Below are positions 11,631-26,962 of a DNA stretch of 64,000 nucleotides, in pieces. Location of the stretch: positions 3,906,001-3,970,000 of the forward strand of contig OZ059900.1 in assembly GCA_964057225.1 (NCBI GenBank), in the 5' to 3' direction. The stretch is from Auanema rhodensis (lineage: Eukaryota; Animalia; Nematoda). The notes under the pieces are model-generated. The model had not been told where the DNA came from. It saw only the letters and a list, made by a program, of their open reading frames with translations, and ran no database searches. A program made the translations under genes and the position numbers. Every line of letters begins with the position of its first letter. Within the stretch, counting starts at the first letter, position 1.

Positions 11631-14600
11631 AAATTCAGTGATTTAAACATCATTAGTGTTTAATTAATGACTTTCGCTGTCAAAGACAATAAAACTATGC
11701 TTTTGATCATATATATGAGCGATTTAGCCAAATTGGACTCAAAACTCGGAAAATTCAAAAATTCTTTCTATTTTCGACCTTTTTTGATCAAAATGAATAA
11801 ATATCAGTGCAAACTTGTAAAAATAGACTTATTTCGTGTTTTATGTGTTTGATTCTCGAATCTTAGCAAATTTGATCGAAATTTACAAGTATTACAGATT
11901 TTGTACCAAAAATCGGTGAGTATATGGTGTTAAAGGCAAAAAACGACCATACTTAGTGTAGTAATGCTATTTGAGCGAAATTCAGTGATTTAAACATTAT
12001 TAGTGTTTAATTAATGACTTTTGTTGTTATAGACAATAAAACTATGCTTTTGATCATATATATGAGCGATTTATACAAATTGGACTCAAAACTCGGAAAT
12101 TTCAAAAAATTCTTTCTATTTTCGACCTTTTTTGATCAAAATGAATAAATATCAGTGCAGACTCATGAAAATAGACTGATTTTGTGTATTGTGTGTTTGA
12201 TTCTCAAATCGTAACAAATATGATCAAAATTTACGAGTATCACAGATTTTGTACCAAAAATCGGTGAATCTATGGTGTTAAAGGTATAAAAACGACCATA
12301 CTTAGTGTAGTAATGCTATTTAAGCGAAATTCAGTGATTTAAACATCATTTATGTTTAATTAATGACTTTTGTTGTCATAGACAATAAAACTATGCCTTT
12401 GATCATATATATGAGCGATTTATACAAATTGGACTCAAAACTCGGAAAATTCAAAAATTCTGTCTATTTTCGACCTTTTTTGATCAAAATGAATAAATAT
12501 TAGTGCAAACTCATAAAAATAGACTGATTCTGTGTATTGTGTATTTGATTCTCAAATCGTAACAAATATGATCAAAATTTACGAGTATCACAGAATTTGT
12601 ACCAAAAATCGGTGAGTATATGGTGTTAAAGGCATAAAAACGACCATACTTAGTGTAGTAATGCTATTTGAGCGAAATTCAGTGATTTAAACATCATTAG
12701 TGTTTAATTAATGACTTTTGTTGTTATAGACGATGAAACTATGATTTTGATCATATATATGAGCGATTTAGCCAAATTGGACTCAAAACTCGGAAATTTC
12801 AAAAATTCTTTCTATTTTCGACCTTTTTTGATCAAAATGAATAAATATCAGTGCAGACACATGAAAATAGACTGATTCTGTGTATTGTGTGTTTGATTCT
12901 CAAATCGTAACAAATATGATCAAAATTTACGAGTATCACAGAATTTGTACCAAAAATCGGTGAGTATATGGTGTTAAAGGCAAAAAACGACCATACTTAG
13001 TGTAGTAATGCTATTTGAGCGAAATTCAGTTATTTAAACATCATTAGTGTTTAATTAATGACTTTTGTTGTTATAGACAATAAAACTATGCTTTTGATCG
13101 TATATATGAGCGATTTATACAAATTGGACTCAAAACTCGGAAAATTCAAAAATTCTGTCTATTTTCGACCTTTTTTGATCAAAATGAATAAATATTAGTG
13201 CAAACTCATAAAAATAGACTGATTTTGTATATTGTGTGTTTGATTCTCAAATCGTAACAAATATGATCAAAATTTACGAGTATCACAGAATTTGTACCAA
13301 AAATCGGTGAGTATATGGTGTTAAAGGCAAAAAACGACCATACTTAGTGTAGTAATGCTATTTGAGCGAAATTCAGTGATTTAAACATTATTAGTGTATA
13401 TTTGGAGACTTTCGTTATCACAGACAATAAAACTATGCTTTTGATCATAGATATGAGCGATTTAGCCAAATTGGACTCAAAACTCGGAAAATTCAAAAAT
13501 TCTTTCTATTTTCGACCTTTTTTGATCAAAATGAATAAATATCAGTGCAAACTTGTAAAAATAGACTTATTCCGTGTATTATGTGTTTGATTCTCGAATC
13601 TTAGCAAATATGATCAAAATTTACAAGTATTACAGATTTTGTACCAAAAATCGGTGAGTATATGGTGTTAGAGGCATAAAAACGACCATACTTAGTGTAG
13701 TAATGCTTTTTAAGCGAAATTCAGTGATTTAAACATCATTAATGTTTAATTAATGACTTTTGTTGTCATAGACAATAAAACTATGCTTTTGATCATATAT
13801 ATGAGCGATTAACCAAATTGGACTCAAAACTCGGAAAATTCAAAAATTCTTTCTATTTTCGACCTTTTTTGATCAAAATGAATAAATATCAGTGCAAACC
13901 CGTAAAAATATACTGATTTCGGTATTGTGTGTTTGATTCTCGAATCTTACCGAATATGATCAAAATTTACGAGTATCACAGATTTTGTACCAAAAATCGG
14001 TGAGTATATGGTGTTAAAGGCATAGAAACGACCATACTTAGTGTAGTAATGCTATTTGAGCGAAATTAAGTGATTTTAACATCACTAGCGTTTAATTGAT
14101 GACTTTTGTTGTCATAGACAATAAAACTATGCTTTTGATCATATATATGAGCGATTAACCAAATTGGACTCAAAACTCGGAAATTTCAAAAATTCTTTCT
14201 ATTTTCGACCTTTTTTGATTAAAATGAATAAATATCAGTGTAAACTCGTAAAAATAGACTGATTTTGTGTATTGTGTGTTTGATTCTCAAATCTTAACAA
14301 ATATGATCAAAATTTACAAGTATTACAGATTTTGTACCAAAAATCGGTGAGTATATTTTGTTAAAGGCATAAAAACGACCATACTTAGTGTAGTAATGCT
14401 ATTTGAGCGAAATTCAGTGATTCAAACATCATTAGTGTTTAATCAATGACTTTTGTTGTCATAGACAATAAAACTATGCTTTTGATCATATATATGAGCG
14501 ATTTAGCCAAATTGGACTCAAAACTCGGAAAATTCAAAAATTCTTTCTATTTTCGACCTTTTTTGATCAAAATGAATAAATATCTGTGCAAACTCGTAAA

Positions 14601-17600
14601 AATAGACTGATTTTGTGTAATGTTTGTTTGATTCTCGAATCCTAACGAATATGATCGAAATTTACGAGTATTACAGATTTTGTACCAAAAATCGGTGAGT
14701 ATATGGTGTTAAAGGCATAAAAACGACCATACTTAGTGTAGTAATGCTATTTGAGCGAAATTAAGTGATTTTAACATCACTAGCGTTTAATTGATGACTT
14801 TTGTTGTCATAGACAATAAAACTATGCTTTTGATCATATATATGAGCGATTAACCAAATTGGACTCAAAACTCGGAAATTTCAAAAATTCTTTCTATTTT
14901 CGACCTTTTTTGATTAAAATGAATAAATATCAGTGTAAACTCGTAAAAATAGACTGATTTTGTGTATTGTGTGTTTGATTCTCAAATCTTAACGAATATG
15001 ATCAAAATTTACAAGTATTACAGATTTTGTACCAAAAATCGGTGAGTATATTTTGTTAAAGGCATAAAAACGACCATACTTAGTGTAGTAATGCTATTTG
15101 AGCGAAATTCAGTGATTTAAACATCATTAGTGTTTAATTAATGACTTTTGTTGTCATAGACAATAAAACTATGCTCTTGATCATATATATGAGCGATTTA
15201 GCCAAATTGGACTCAAAACTCGGAAATTTTAAAAATTCTTTCTATTTTCGACCTTTTTTGATCAAAATGAATAAATATCAGTGCAGACTCATGAAAATAG
15301 ACTGATTTTGTGTATTGTGTGTTTGATTCTCAAATCTTAACGAATATGATCAAAATTTACAAGTATTACAGATTTTGTACCAAAAATCGGTGAGTATATT
15401 TTGTTAAAGGCATAAAAACGACCATACTTAGTGTAGTAATGCTATTTGAGTGAAATTCAGTGATTTACACATTATTAGTGTATATTTGAAGACATTTGTT
15501 ATCATAGACAGTGAAACTATGCTTTTGATCATATATATGAGCGATTTAGCCAAATTAGACTCAAAACTCGGAAATTTCAAAAATTCTTTCTATTTTCGAC
15601 CTTTTTTGATCAAAATGAATAAATATCAGTGCAAACTCATAAAAAAAGACTTTTTTCGTGTATCATGTGTTTGATTCTCGAATCTTAATAAATATGATCA
15701 AAATTTACGAGTATAACAGAATTTGTACCAAAAATCGGTGAGTATATGGTGTTAAAGGCAAAAAACGACCATACTTAGTGTAGTAATGCTATTTGAGCGA
15801 AATTCAGTGATTTAAACATCATTAGTGTTTAATCAATGACTTTCGCTGTCATAGACAATAAAACTATGCTTTTGATCATATATATGAGTGATTTAGCCAA
15901 ATTGGACTCAAAACTCGGAAAATTCAAAAATTCTTTCTATTTTCGACCTTTTTTGATCAAAATGAATAAATATCAGTGCAAACTCATGAAAATAGACTGA
16001 TTTTGTGTATTGTATGTTCGATTCTCGAATCTTAACAAATATGATCAAAATTTACGAGTATCACAGATTTTGTACCAAAAATCGGTGAATCTATGGTGTT
16101 AAAGGTATAAAAACGACCATACTTAGTGTAGTAATGCTATTTAAGCAAAATTCAGTGATTTAAACATCATTAATGTTTAATTAATGACTTTTGTTGTCAT
16201 AGACAATAAAACTATGCTTTTGATCATATATATGAGCGATTCAGCCAGATAGGACTCAAAACTCGGAATCTTCAAAAATTCTTTCTATTTTCGACCTTTT
16301 TTGATCAAAATGAATAAATATCAGTGCAGACTCATGAAAATAGACTGATTTTGTGTATTGTGTGTTTGATTCTCAAATCTTAACAAATATGATCAAAATT
16401 TACGAGTATCACAGAATTTGTACCAAAAATCGGTGAGTATATGGTGTTAGAGGCATAAAACCGACCATACTTAGTGTAGTAATGCTGTTTGAGTGAAATT
16501 CAGTGATTTAAACATTATTAGTGTTTTCTTAATGACTTTTGTTGTCATACACAATAAAACTATGCTTTTGATCATATATATGAGCGATTTAGCCAAATTG
16601 GACTCAAAACTCGGAAAATTCAAAAATTCTTTCTATTTTCGACCTTTTTTGATCAAAATGAATAAATATCAGTGCAAACTCATAAAAATAGACTGATTTT
16701 GTGTATTGTATGTTCGATTCTCGAATCTTAACAAATATGATCAAAATTTACGAGTATCACAGATTTTGTACCAAAAATCGGTGAATCTATGGTGTTAAAG
16801 GTATAAAAACGACCATACTTAGTGTAGTAATGCTATTTAAGCGAAATTCAGTGATTTAAACATTATTAGTGTTTAATTAATGACTTTTGTTGTTATAGAC
16901 AATAAAACTATGCTTTTGATCATATATATGAGCGATTTATACAAATTGGACTCAAAACTCGGAAAATTCAAAAATTCTGTCTATTTTCGACCTTTTTTGA
17001 TCAAAATGAATAAATATCAGTGCAAACTTGTAAAAATAGACTTATTTCGTGTTTTATGTGTTTCATTCTCGAATCTTAGCAAATATGATCGAAATTTACA
17101 AGTATTACAGATTTTGTACCAAAAATCGGTGAGTATATGGTGTTAGAGGCATAAAACCGACCATACTTAGTGTAGTAATGCTATTTGAGTGAATTTCAGT
17201 GATTTAAACATTATTAGTGTTTTCTTAATGACTTTTGTTGTCATAGACAATAAAACTATGCTTTTGATCATATATATGAGCGATTCAGCCAGATAGGACT
17301 CAAAACTCGGAAATTTCAAAAATTCTTTCTATTTTCGACCTTTTTTGATCAAAATGAATAAATATCAGTGCAGACTCATGAAAATAGACTGATTTTGTGT
17401 ATTGTGTGTTTGATTCTCGAATCTTAACAAATATGATCAAAATTTACGAGTATCACAGAATTTGTACCAAAAATCGGTGAGTATATGGTGTTAAAGGCAA
17501 AAAACGACCATACTTAGTGTAGTAATGCTATTTGAGCGAATTTCAGTGATTTAAACTACATTAGTGTTTAATCAATGACTTTTGTTGTCATAGACAATAA

Positions 17601-19275
17601 AACTATGCTTTTGATCATATATATGAGTGATTTAGCCAAATTGGACTCAAAACTCGGAAATTTCAAAAATTCTTTCTATTTTCGACCTTTTTTGATCAAA
17701 ATGAATAAATATCAGTGCAGACTCATGAAAATAGACTGATTTTGTGTATTGTGTGTTTGATTCTCGAATCTTAACAAATATGATCGAAATTTACAAGTAT
17801 TACAGATTTTGTACCAAAAATCGGTGAGTATATGGTGTTAGAGGCATAAAACCGACCATACTTAGTGTAGTAATGCTATTTGAGTGAATTTCAGTGATTT
17901 AAACATTATTAGTGTTTTCTTAATGACTTTTGTTGTCATAGACAATAAAACTATGCTTTTGATCATATATATGAGCGATTCAGCCAGATAGGACTCAAAA
18001 CTCGGAAATTTCAAAAATTCTTTCTATTTTCGACCTTTTTTGATCAAAATGAATAAATATCAGTGCAGACTCATGAAAATAGACTGATTTTGTGTATTGT
18101 GTGTTTGATTCTCAAATCTTAACAAATATGATCAAAATTTACGAGTATCACAGAATTTGTACCAAAAATCGGTGAGTATATGGTGTTAGAGGCATAAAAC
18201 CGACCATACTTAGTGTAGTAATGCTATTAGAGTGAAATTCAGTGATTTAAACATTATTAGTGTTTTCTTAATGACTTTTGTTGTCATACACAATAAAACT
18301 ATGCTTTTGATCATATATATGAGCGATTTCGCCAAATTGGACTCAAAACTCGGAAAATTCAAAAATTCTTTCTATTTTCGACCTTTTTTGATCAAAATGA
18401 ATAAATATCAGTGCAAACTCATGAAAATAGACTGATTTTGTGTATTGTGTGTTTGATTCTCAAATCTTAACAAATATGATCAAAATTTACGAGTATCACA
18501 GAATTTGTACCAAAAATCGGTGAGTATATGGTGTTAAAGGCAAAAAACGACCATACTTAGTGTAGTAATGCTATTTGAGCGAAATTCAGTGATTTAAACA
18601 TCATTAATGTTTAATTAATGACTTTTGTTGTCATAGACAATAAAACTATGCTTTTGATCATATATATGAGCGATTTAGCCAAATTGGACTCAAAACTCGG
18701 AAATTTCAAAAATTCTTTCTATTTTCGACCTTTTTTGATCAAAATGAATAAATATCAGTGCAAACTCGTAAAAATATACTGATTTTGTGTATTATGTGTT
18801 TGATTCTCAAATCTTAGCAAATATGATCAAAATTTACAAGTATTACAGATTGTGTACCAAAAATCGGTGAGTATATGGTGTTAAAGGCAAAAAACGACCA
18901 TACTTAGTGTAGTAATGCTATTTGAGCGAAATTCAGTGATTTAAACAATATTAGTGTTTAATTAATGACTTTTGTTGTTATAGACGATAAAACTATGATT
19001 TTGATCATATATATGAGCGATTTATACAAATTGGACTCAAAACTCGGAAAATTCAAAAATTCTGTCTATTTTCGACCTTTTTTGATCAAAATGAATAAAT
19101 ATTAGTGCAAACTCATAAAAATAGACTGATTTTGTGTATTGTGTGTTTGATTCTCGAATCTTAGCAAATATGATCGAAATTTACAAGTATTACAGATTTT
19201 GTACCAAAAATCGGTGAGTATATGGTGTTAAAGGCAAAAAACGACCATACTTAGTGTAGTGATGCTATTTGAGCA
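11631..19275. repeat. HOR domain A, copy 2 (22 monomers, 7645 bp)
   Basis: Same order of diagnostic monomers as copy 1. It carries a private patch at 15451-15557. Confidence 0.95.
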
Positions 19276-22200
19276 AAATTCAGTGATTTAAACATCATTA
19301 GTGTTTAATTAATGACTTTCGCTGTCAAAGACAATAAAACTATGCTTTTGATCATATATATGAGCGATTTAGCCAAATTGGACTCAAAACTCGGAAAATT
19401 CAAAAATTCTTTCTATTTTCGACCTTTTTTGATCAAAATGAATAAATATCAGTGCAAACTTGTAAAAATAGACTTATTTCGTGTTTTATGTGTTTGATTC
19501 TCGAATCTTAGCAAATTTGATCGAAATTTACAAGTATTACAGATTTTGTACCAAAAATCGGTGAGTATATGGTGTTAAAGGCAAAAAACGACCATACTTA
19601 GTGTAGTAATGCTATTTGAGCGAAATTCAGTGATTTAAACATTATTAGTGTTTAATTAATGACTTTTGTTGTTATAGACAATAAAACTATGCTTTTGATC
19701 ATATATATGAGCGATTTATACAAATTGGACTCAAAACTCGGAAATTTCAAAAAATTCTTTCTATTTTCGACCTTTTTTGATCAAAATGAATAAATATCAG
19801 TGCAGACTCATGAAAATAGACTGATTTTGTGTATTGTGTGTTTGATTCTCAAATCGTAACAAATATGATCAAAATTTACGAGTATCACAGATTTTGTACC
19901 AAAAATCGGTGAATCTATGGTGTTAAAGGTATAAAAACGACCATACTTAGTGTAGTAATGCTATTTAAGCGAAATTCAGTGATTTAAACATCATTTATGT
20001 TTAATTAATGACTTTTGTTGTCATAGACAATAAAACTATGCCTTTGATCATATATATGAGCGATTTATACAAATTGGACTCAAAACTCGGAAAATTCAAA
20101 AATTCTGTCTATTTTCGACCTTTTTTGATCAAAATGAATAAATATTAGTGCAAACTCATAAAAATAGACTGATTCTGTGTATTGTGTATTTGATTCTCAA
20201 ATCGTAACAAATATGATCAAAATTTACGAGTATCACAGAATTTGTACCAAAAATCGGTGAGTATATGGTGTTAAAGGCATAAAAACGACCATACTTAGTG
20301 TAGTAATGCTATTTGAGCGAAATTCAGTGATTTAAACATCATTAGTGTTTAATTAATGACTTTTGTTGTTATAGACGATGAAACTATGATTTTGATCATA
20401 TATATGAGCGATTTAGCCAAATTGGACTCAAAACTCGGAAATTTCAAAAATTCTTTCTATTTTCGACCTTTTTTGATCAAAATGAATAAATATCAGTGCA
20501 GACACATGAAAATAGACTGATTCTGTGTATTGTGTGTTTGATTCTCAAATCGTAACAAATATGATCAAAATTTACGAGTATCACAGAATTTGTACCAAAA
20601 ATCGGTGAGTATATGGTGTTAAAGGCAAAAAACGACCATACTTAGTGTAGTAATGCTATTTGAGCGAAATTCAGTTATTTAAACATCATTAGTGTTTAAT
20701 TAATGACTTTTGTTGTTATAGACAATAAAACTATGCTTTTGATCGTATATATGAGCGATTTATACAAATTGGACTCAAAACTCGGAAAATTCAAAAATTC
20801 TGTCTATTTTCGACCTTTTTTGATCAAAATGAATAAATATTAGTGCAAACTCATAAAAATAGACTGATTTTGTATATTGTGTGTTTGATTCTCAAATCGT
20901 AACAAATATGATCAAAATTTACGAGTATCACAGAATTTGTACCAAAAATCGGTGAGTATATGGTGTTAAAGGCAAAAAACGACCATACTTAGTGTAGTAA
21001 TGCTATTTGAGCGAAATTCAGTGATTTAAACATTATTAGTGTATATTTGGAGACTTTCGTTATCACAGACAATAAAACTATGCTTTTGATCATAGATATG
21101 AGCGATTTAGCCAAATTGGACTCAAAACTCGGAAAATTCAAAAATTCTTTCTATTTTCGACCTTTTTTGATCAAAATGAATAAATATCAGTGCAAACTTG
21201 TAAAAATAGACTTATTCCGTGTATTATGTGTTTGATTCTCGAATCTTAGCAAATATGATCAAAATTTACAAGTATTACAGATTTTGTACCAAAAATCGGT
21301 GAGTATATGGTGTTAGAGGCATAAAAACGACCATACTTAGTGTAGTAATGCTTTTTAAGCGAAATTCAGTGATTTAAACATCATTAATGTTTAATTAATG
21401 ACTTTTGTTGTCATAGACAATAAAACTATGCTTTTGATCATATATATGAGCGATTAACCAAATTGGACTCAAAACTCGGAAAATTCAAAAATTCTTTCTA
21501 TTTTCGACCTTTTTTGATCAAAATGAATAAATATCAGTGCAAACCCGTAAAAATATACTGATTTCGGTATTGTGTGTTTGATTCTCGAATCTTACCGAAT
21601 ATGATCAAAATTTACGAGTATCACAGATTTTGTACCAAAAATCGGTGAGTATATGGTGTTAAAGGCATAGAAACGACCATACTTAGTGTAGTAATGCTAT
21701 TTGAGCGAAATTAAGTGATTTTAACATCACTAGCGTTTAATTGATGACTTTTGTTGTCATAGACAATAAAACTATGCTTTTGATCATATATATGAGCGAT
21801 TAACCAAATTGGACTCAAAACTCGGAAATTTCAAAAATTCTTTCTATTTTCGACCTTTTTTGATTAAAATGAATAAATATCAGTGTAAACTCGTAAAAAT
21901 AGACTGATTTTGTGTATTGTGTGTTTGATTCTCAAATCTTAACAAATATGATCAAAATTTACAAGTATTACAGATTTTGTACCAAAAATCGGTGAGTATA
22001 TTTTGTTAAAGGCATAAAAACGACCATACTTAGTGTAGTAATGCTATTTGAGCGAAATTCAGTGATTCAAACATCATTAGTGTTTAATCAATGACTTTTG
22101 TTGTCATAGACAATAAAACTATGCTTTTGATCATATATATGAGCGATTTAGCCAAATTGGACTCAAAACTCGGAAAATTCAAAAATTCTTTCTATTTTCG

Positions 22201-25200
22201 ACCTTTTTTGATCAAAATGAATAAATATCTGTGCAAACTCGTAAAAATAGACTGATTTTGTGTAATGTTTGTTTGATTCTCGAATCCTAACGAATATGAT
22301 CGAAATTTACGAGTATTACAGATTTTGTACCAAAAATCGGTGAGTATATGGTGTTAAAGGCATAAAAACGACCATACTTAGTGTAGTAATGCTATTTGAG
22401 CGAAATTAAGTGATTTTAACATCACTAGCGTTTAATTGATGACTTTTGTTGTCATAGACAATAAAACTATGCTTTTGATCATATATATGAGCGATTAACC
22501 AAATTGGACTCAAAACTCGGAAATTTCAAAAATTCTTTCTATTTTCGACCTTTTTTGATTAAAATGAATAAATATCAGTGTAAACTCGTAAAAATAGACT
22601 GATTTTGTGTATTGTGTGTTTGATTCTCAAATCTTAACGAATATGATCAAAATTTACAAGTATTACAGATTTTGTACCAAAAATCGGTGAGTATATTTTG
22701 TTAAAGGCATAAAAACGACCATACTTAGTGTAGTAATGCTATTTGAGCGAAATTCAGTGATTTAAACATCATTAGTGTTTAATTAATGACTTTTGTTGTC
22801 ATAGACAATAAAACTATGCTCTTGATCATATATATGAGCGATTTAGCCAAATTGGACTCAAAACTCGGAAATTTTAAAAATTCTTTCTATTTTCGACCTT
22901 TTTTGATCAAAATGAATAAATATCAGTGCAGACTCATGAAAATAGACTGATTTTGTGTATTGTGTGTTTGATTCTCAAATCTTAACGAATATGATCAAAA
23001 TTTACAAGTATTACAGATTTTGTACCAAAAATCGGTGAGTATATTTTGTTAAAGGCATAAAAACGACCATACTTAGTGTAGTAATGCTATTTGAGCGAAA
23101 TTCAGGGATTTAAACATCACTAGCGTTTAATTGATGACTTTTGTTGTTATAGACAATAAAACTATGCTTTTGATCATATATATGAGCGATTTAGCCAAAT
23201 TGGACTCAAAACTCGGAAATTTCAAAAATTCTTTCTATTTTCGACCTTTTTTGATCAAAATGAATAAATATCAGTGCAAACTCATAAAAAAAGACTTTTT
23301 TCGTGTATCATGTGTTTGATTCTCGAATCTTAATAAATATGATCAAAATTTACGAGTATAACAGAATTTGTACCAAAAATCGGTGAGTATATGGTGTTAA
23401 AGGCAAAAAACGACCATACTTAGTGTAGTAATGCTATTTGAGCGAAATTCAGTGATTTAAACATCATTAGTGTTTAATCAATGACTTTCGCTGTCATAGA
23501 CAATAAAACTATGCTTTTGATCATATATATGAGTGATTTAGCCAAATTGGACTCAAAACTCGGAAAATTCAAAAATTCTTTCTATTTTCGACCTTTTTTG
23601 ATCAAAATGAATAAATATCAGTGCAAACTCATGAAAATAGACTGATTTTGTGTATTGTATGTTCGATTCTCGAATCTTAACAAATATGATCAAAATTTAC
23701 GAGTATCACAGATTTTGTACCAAAAATCGGTGAATCTATGGTGTTAAAGGTATAAAAACGACCATACTTAGTGTAGTAATGCTATTTAAGCAAAATTCAG
23801 TGATTTAAACATCATTAATGTTTAATTAATGACTTTTGTTGTCATAGACAATAAAACTATGCTTTTGATCATATATATGAGCGATTCAGCCAGATAGGAC
23901 TCAAAACTCGGAATCTTCAAAAATTCTTTCTATTTTCGACCTTTTTTGATCAAAATGAATAAATATCAGTGCAGACTCATGAAAATAGACTGATTTTGTG
24001 TATTGTGTGTTTGATTCTCAAATCTTAACAAATATGATCAAAATTTACGAGTATCACAGAATTTGTACCAAAAATCGGTGAGTATATGGTGTTAGAGGCA
24101 TAAAACCGACCATACTTAGTGTAGTAATGCTGTTTGAGTGAAATTCAGTGATTTAAACATTATTAGTGTTTTCTTAATGACTTTTGTTGTCATACACAAT
24201 AAAACTATGCTTTTGATCATATATATGAGCGATTTAGCCAAATTGGACTCAAAACTCGGAAAATTCAAAAATTCTTTCTATTTTCGACCTTTTTTGATCA
24301 AAATGAATAAATATCAGTGCAAACTCATAAAAATAGACTGATTTTGTGTATTGTATGTTCGATTCTCGAATCTTAACAAATATGATCAAAATTTACGAGT
24401 ATCACAGATTTTGTACCAAAAATCGGTGAATCTATGGTGTTAAAGGTATAAAAACGACCATACTTAGTGTAGTAATGCTATTTAAGCGAAATTCAGTGAT
24501 TTAAACATTATTAGTGTTTAATTAATGACTTTTGTTGTTATAGACAATAAAACTATGCTTTTGATCATATATATGAGCGATTTATACAAATTGGACTCAA
24601 AACTCGGAAAATTCAAAAATTCTGTCTATTTTCGACCTTTTTTGATCAAAATGAATAAATATCAGTGCAAACTTGTAAAAATAGACTTATTTCGTGTTTT
24701 ATGTGTTTCATTCTCGAATCTTAGCAAATATGATCGAAATTTACAAGTATTACAGATTTTGTACCAAAAATCGGTGAGTATATGGTGTTAGAGGCATAAA
24801 ACCGACCATACTTAGTGTAGTAATGCTATTTGAGTGAATTTCAGTGATTTAAACATTATTAGTGTTTTCTTAATGACTTTTGTTGTCATAGACAATAAAA
24901 CTATGCTTTTGATCATATATATGAGCGATTCAGCCAGATAGGACTCAAAACTCGGAAATTTCAAAAATTCTTTCTATTTTCGACCTTTTTTGATCAAAAT
25001 GAATAAATATCAGTGCAGACTCATGAAAATAGACTGATTTTGTGTATTGTGTGTTTGATTCTCGAATCTTAACAAATATGATCAAAATTTACGAGTATCA
25101 CAGAATTTGTACCAAAAATCGGTGAGTATATGGTGTTAAAGGCAAAAAACGACCATACTTAGTGTAGTAATGCTATTTGAGCGAAATTCAGTGATTTAAA

Positions 25201-26962
25201 CTACATTAGTGTTTAATCAATGACTTTTGTTGTCATAGACAATAAAACTATGCTTTTGATCATATATATGAGTGATTTAGCCAAATTGGACTCAAAACTC
25301 GGAAATTTCAAAAATTCTTTCTATTTTCGACCTTTTTTGATCAAAATGAATAAATATCAGTGCAGACTCATGAAAATAGACTGATTTTGTGTATTGTGTG
25401 TTTGATTCTCGAATCTTAACAAATATGATCGAAATTTACAAGTATTACAGATTTTGTACCAAAAATCGGTGAGTATATGGTGTTAGAGGCATAAAACCGA
25501 CCATACTTAGTGTAGTAATGCTATTTGAGTGAATTTCAGTGATTTAAACATTATTAGTGTTTTCTTAATGACTTTTGTTGTCATAGACAATAAAACTATG
25601 CTTTTGATCATATATATGAGCGATTCAGCCAGATAGGACTCAAAACTCGGAAATTTCAAAAATTCTTTCTATTTTCGACCTTTTTTGATCAAAATGAATA
25701 AATATCAGTGCAGACTCATGAAAATAGACTGATTTTGTGTATTGTGTGTTTGATTCTCAAATCTTAACAAATATGATCAAAATTTACGAGTATCACAGAA
25801 TTTGTACCAAAAATCGGTGAGTATATGGTGTTAGAGGCATAAAACCGACCATACTTAGTGTAGTAATGCTATTAGAGTGAAATTCAGTGATTTAAACATT
25901 ATTAGTGTTTTCTTAATGACTTTTGTTGTCATACACAATAAAACTATGCTTTTGATCATATATATGAGCGATTTCGCCAAATTGGACTCAAAACTCGGAA
26001 AATTCAAAAATTCTTTCTATTTTCGACCTTTTTTGATCAAAATGAATAAATATCAGTGCAAACTCATGAAAATAGACTGATTTTGTGTATTGTGTGTTTG
26101 ATTCTCAAATCTTAACAAATATGATCAAAATTTACGAGTATCACAGAATTTGTACCAAAAATCGGTGAGTATATGGTGTTAAAGGCAAAAAACGACCATA
26201 CTTAGTGTAGTAATGCTATTTGAGCGAAATTCAGTGATTTAAACATCATTAATGTTTAATTAATGACTTTTGTTGTCATAGACAATAAAACTATGCTTTT
26301 GATCATATATATGAGCGATTTAGCCAAATTGGACTCAAAACTCGGAAATTTCAAAAATTCTTTCTATTTTCGACCTTTTTTGATCAAAATGAATAAATAT
26401 CAGTGCAAACTCGTAAAAATATACTGATTTTGTGTATTATGTGTTTGATTCTCAAATCTTAGCAAATATGATCAAAATTTACAAGTATTACAGATTGTGT
26501 ACCAAAAATCGGTGAGTATATGGTGTTAAAGGCAAAAAACGACCATACTTAGTGTAGTAATGCTATTTGAGCGAAATTCAGTGATTTAAACAATATTAGT
26601 GTTTAATTAATGACTTTTGTTGTTATAGACGATAAAACTATGATTTTGATCATATATATGAGCGATTTATACAAATTGGACTCAAAACTCGGAAAATTCA
26701 AAAATTCTGTCTATTTTCGACCTTTTTTGATCAAAATGAATAAATATTAGTGCAAACTCATAAAAATAGACTGATTTTGTGTATTGTGTGTTTGATTCTC
26801 GAATCTTAGCAAATATGATCGAAATTTACAAGTATTACAGATTTTGTACCAAAAATCGGTGAGTATATGGTGTTAAAGGCAAAAAACGACCATACTTAGT
26901 GTAGTGATGCTATTTGAGCAAAATTCAGTGATTTAAACATCATTAGTGTTTAATTAATGACT
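19276..26962. repeat. HOR domain A, copy 3 (22 monomers, 7645 bp) plus a few bases of a fourth
   Basis: Same marker order. The expected fourth ttcgctgtcaaag marker at about 26962 is absent, which ends the domain. Confidence 0.95.

Noticed and set aside
3985-26962. HOR copies being purely an assembly duplication artefact
   Set aside because: Each copy carries private SNPs or patches, which argues for real copies. Exact copy number still needs long-read confirmation.
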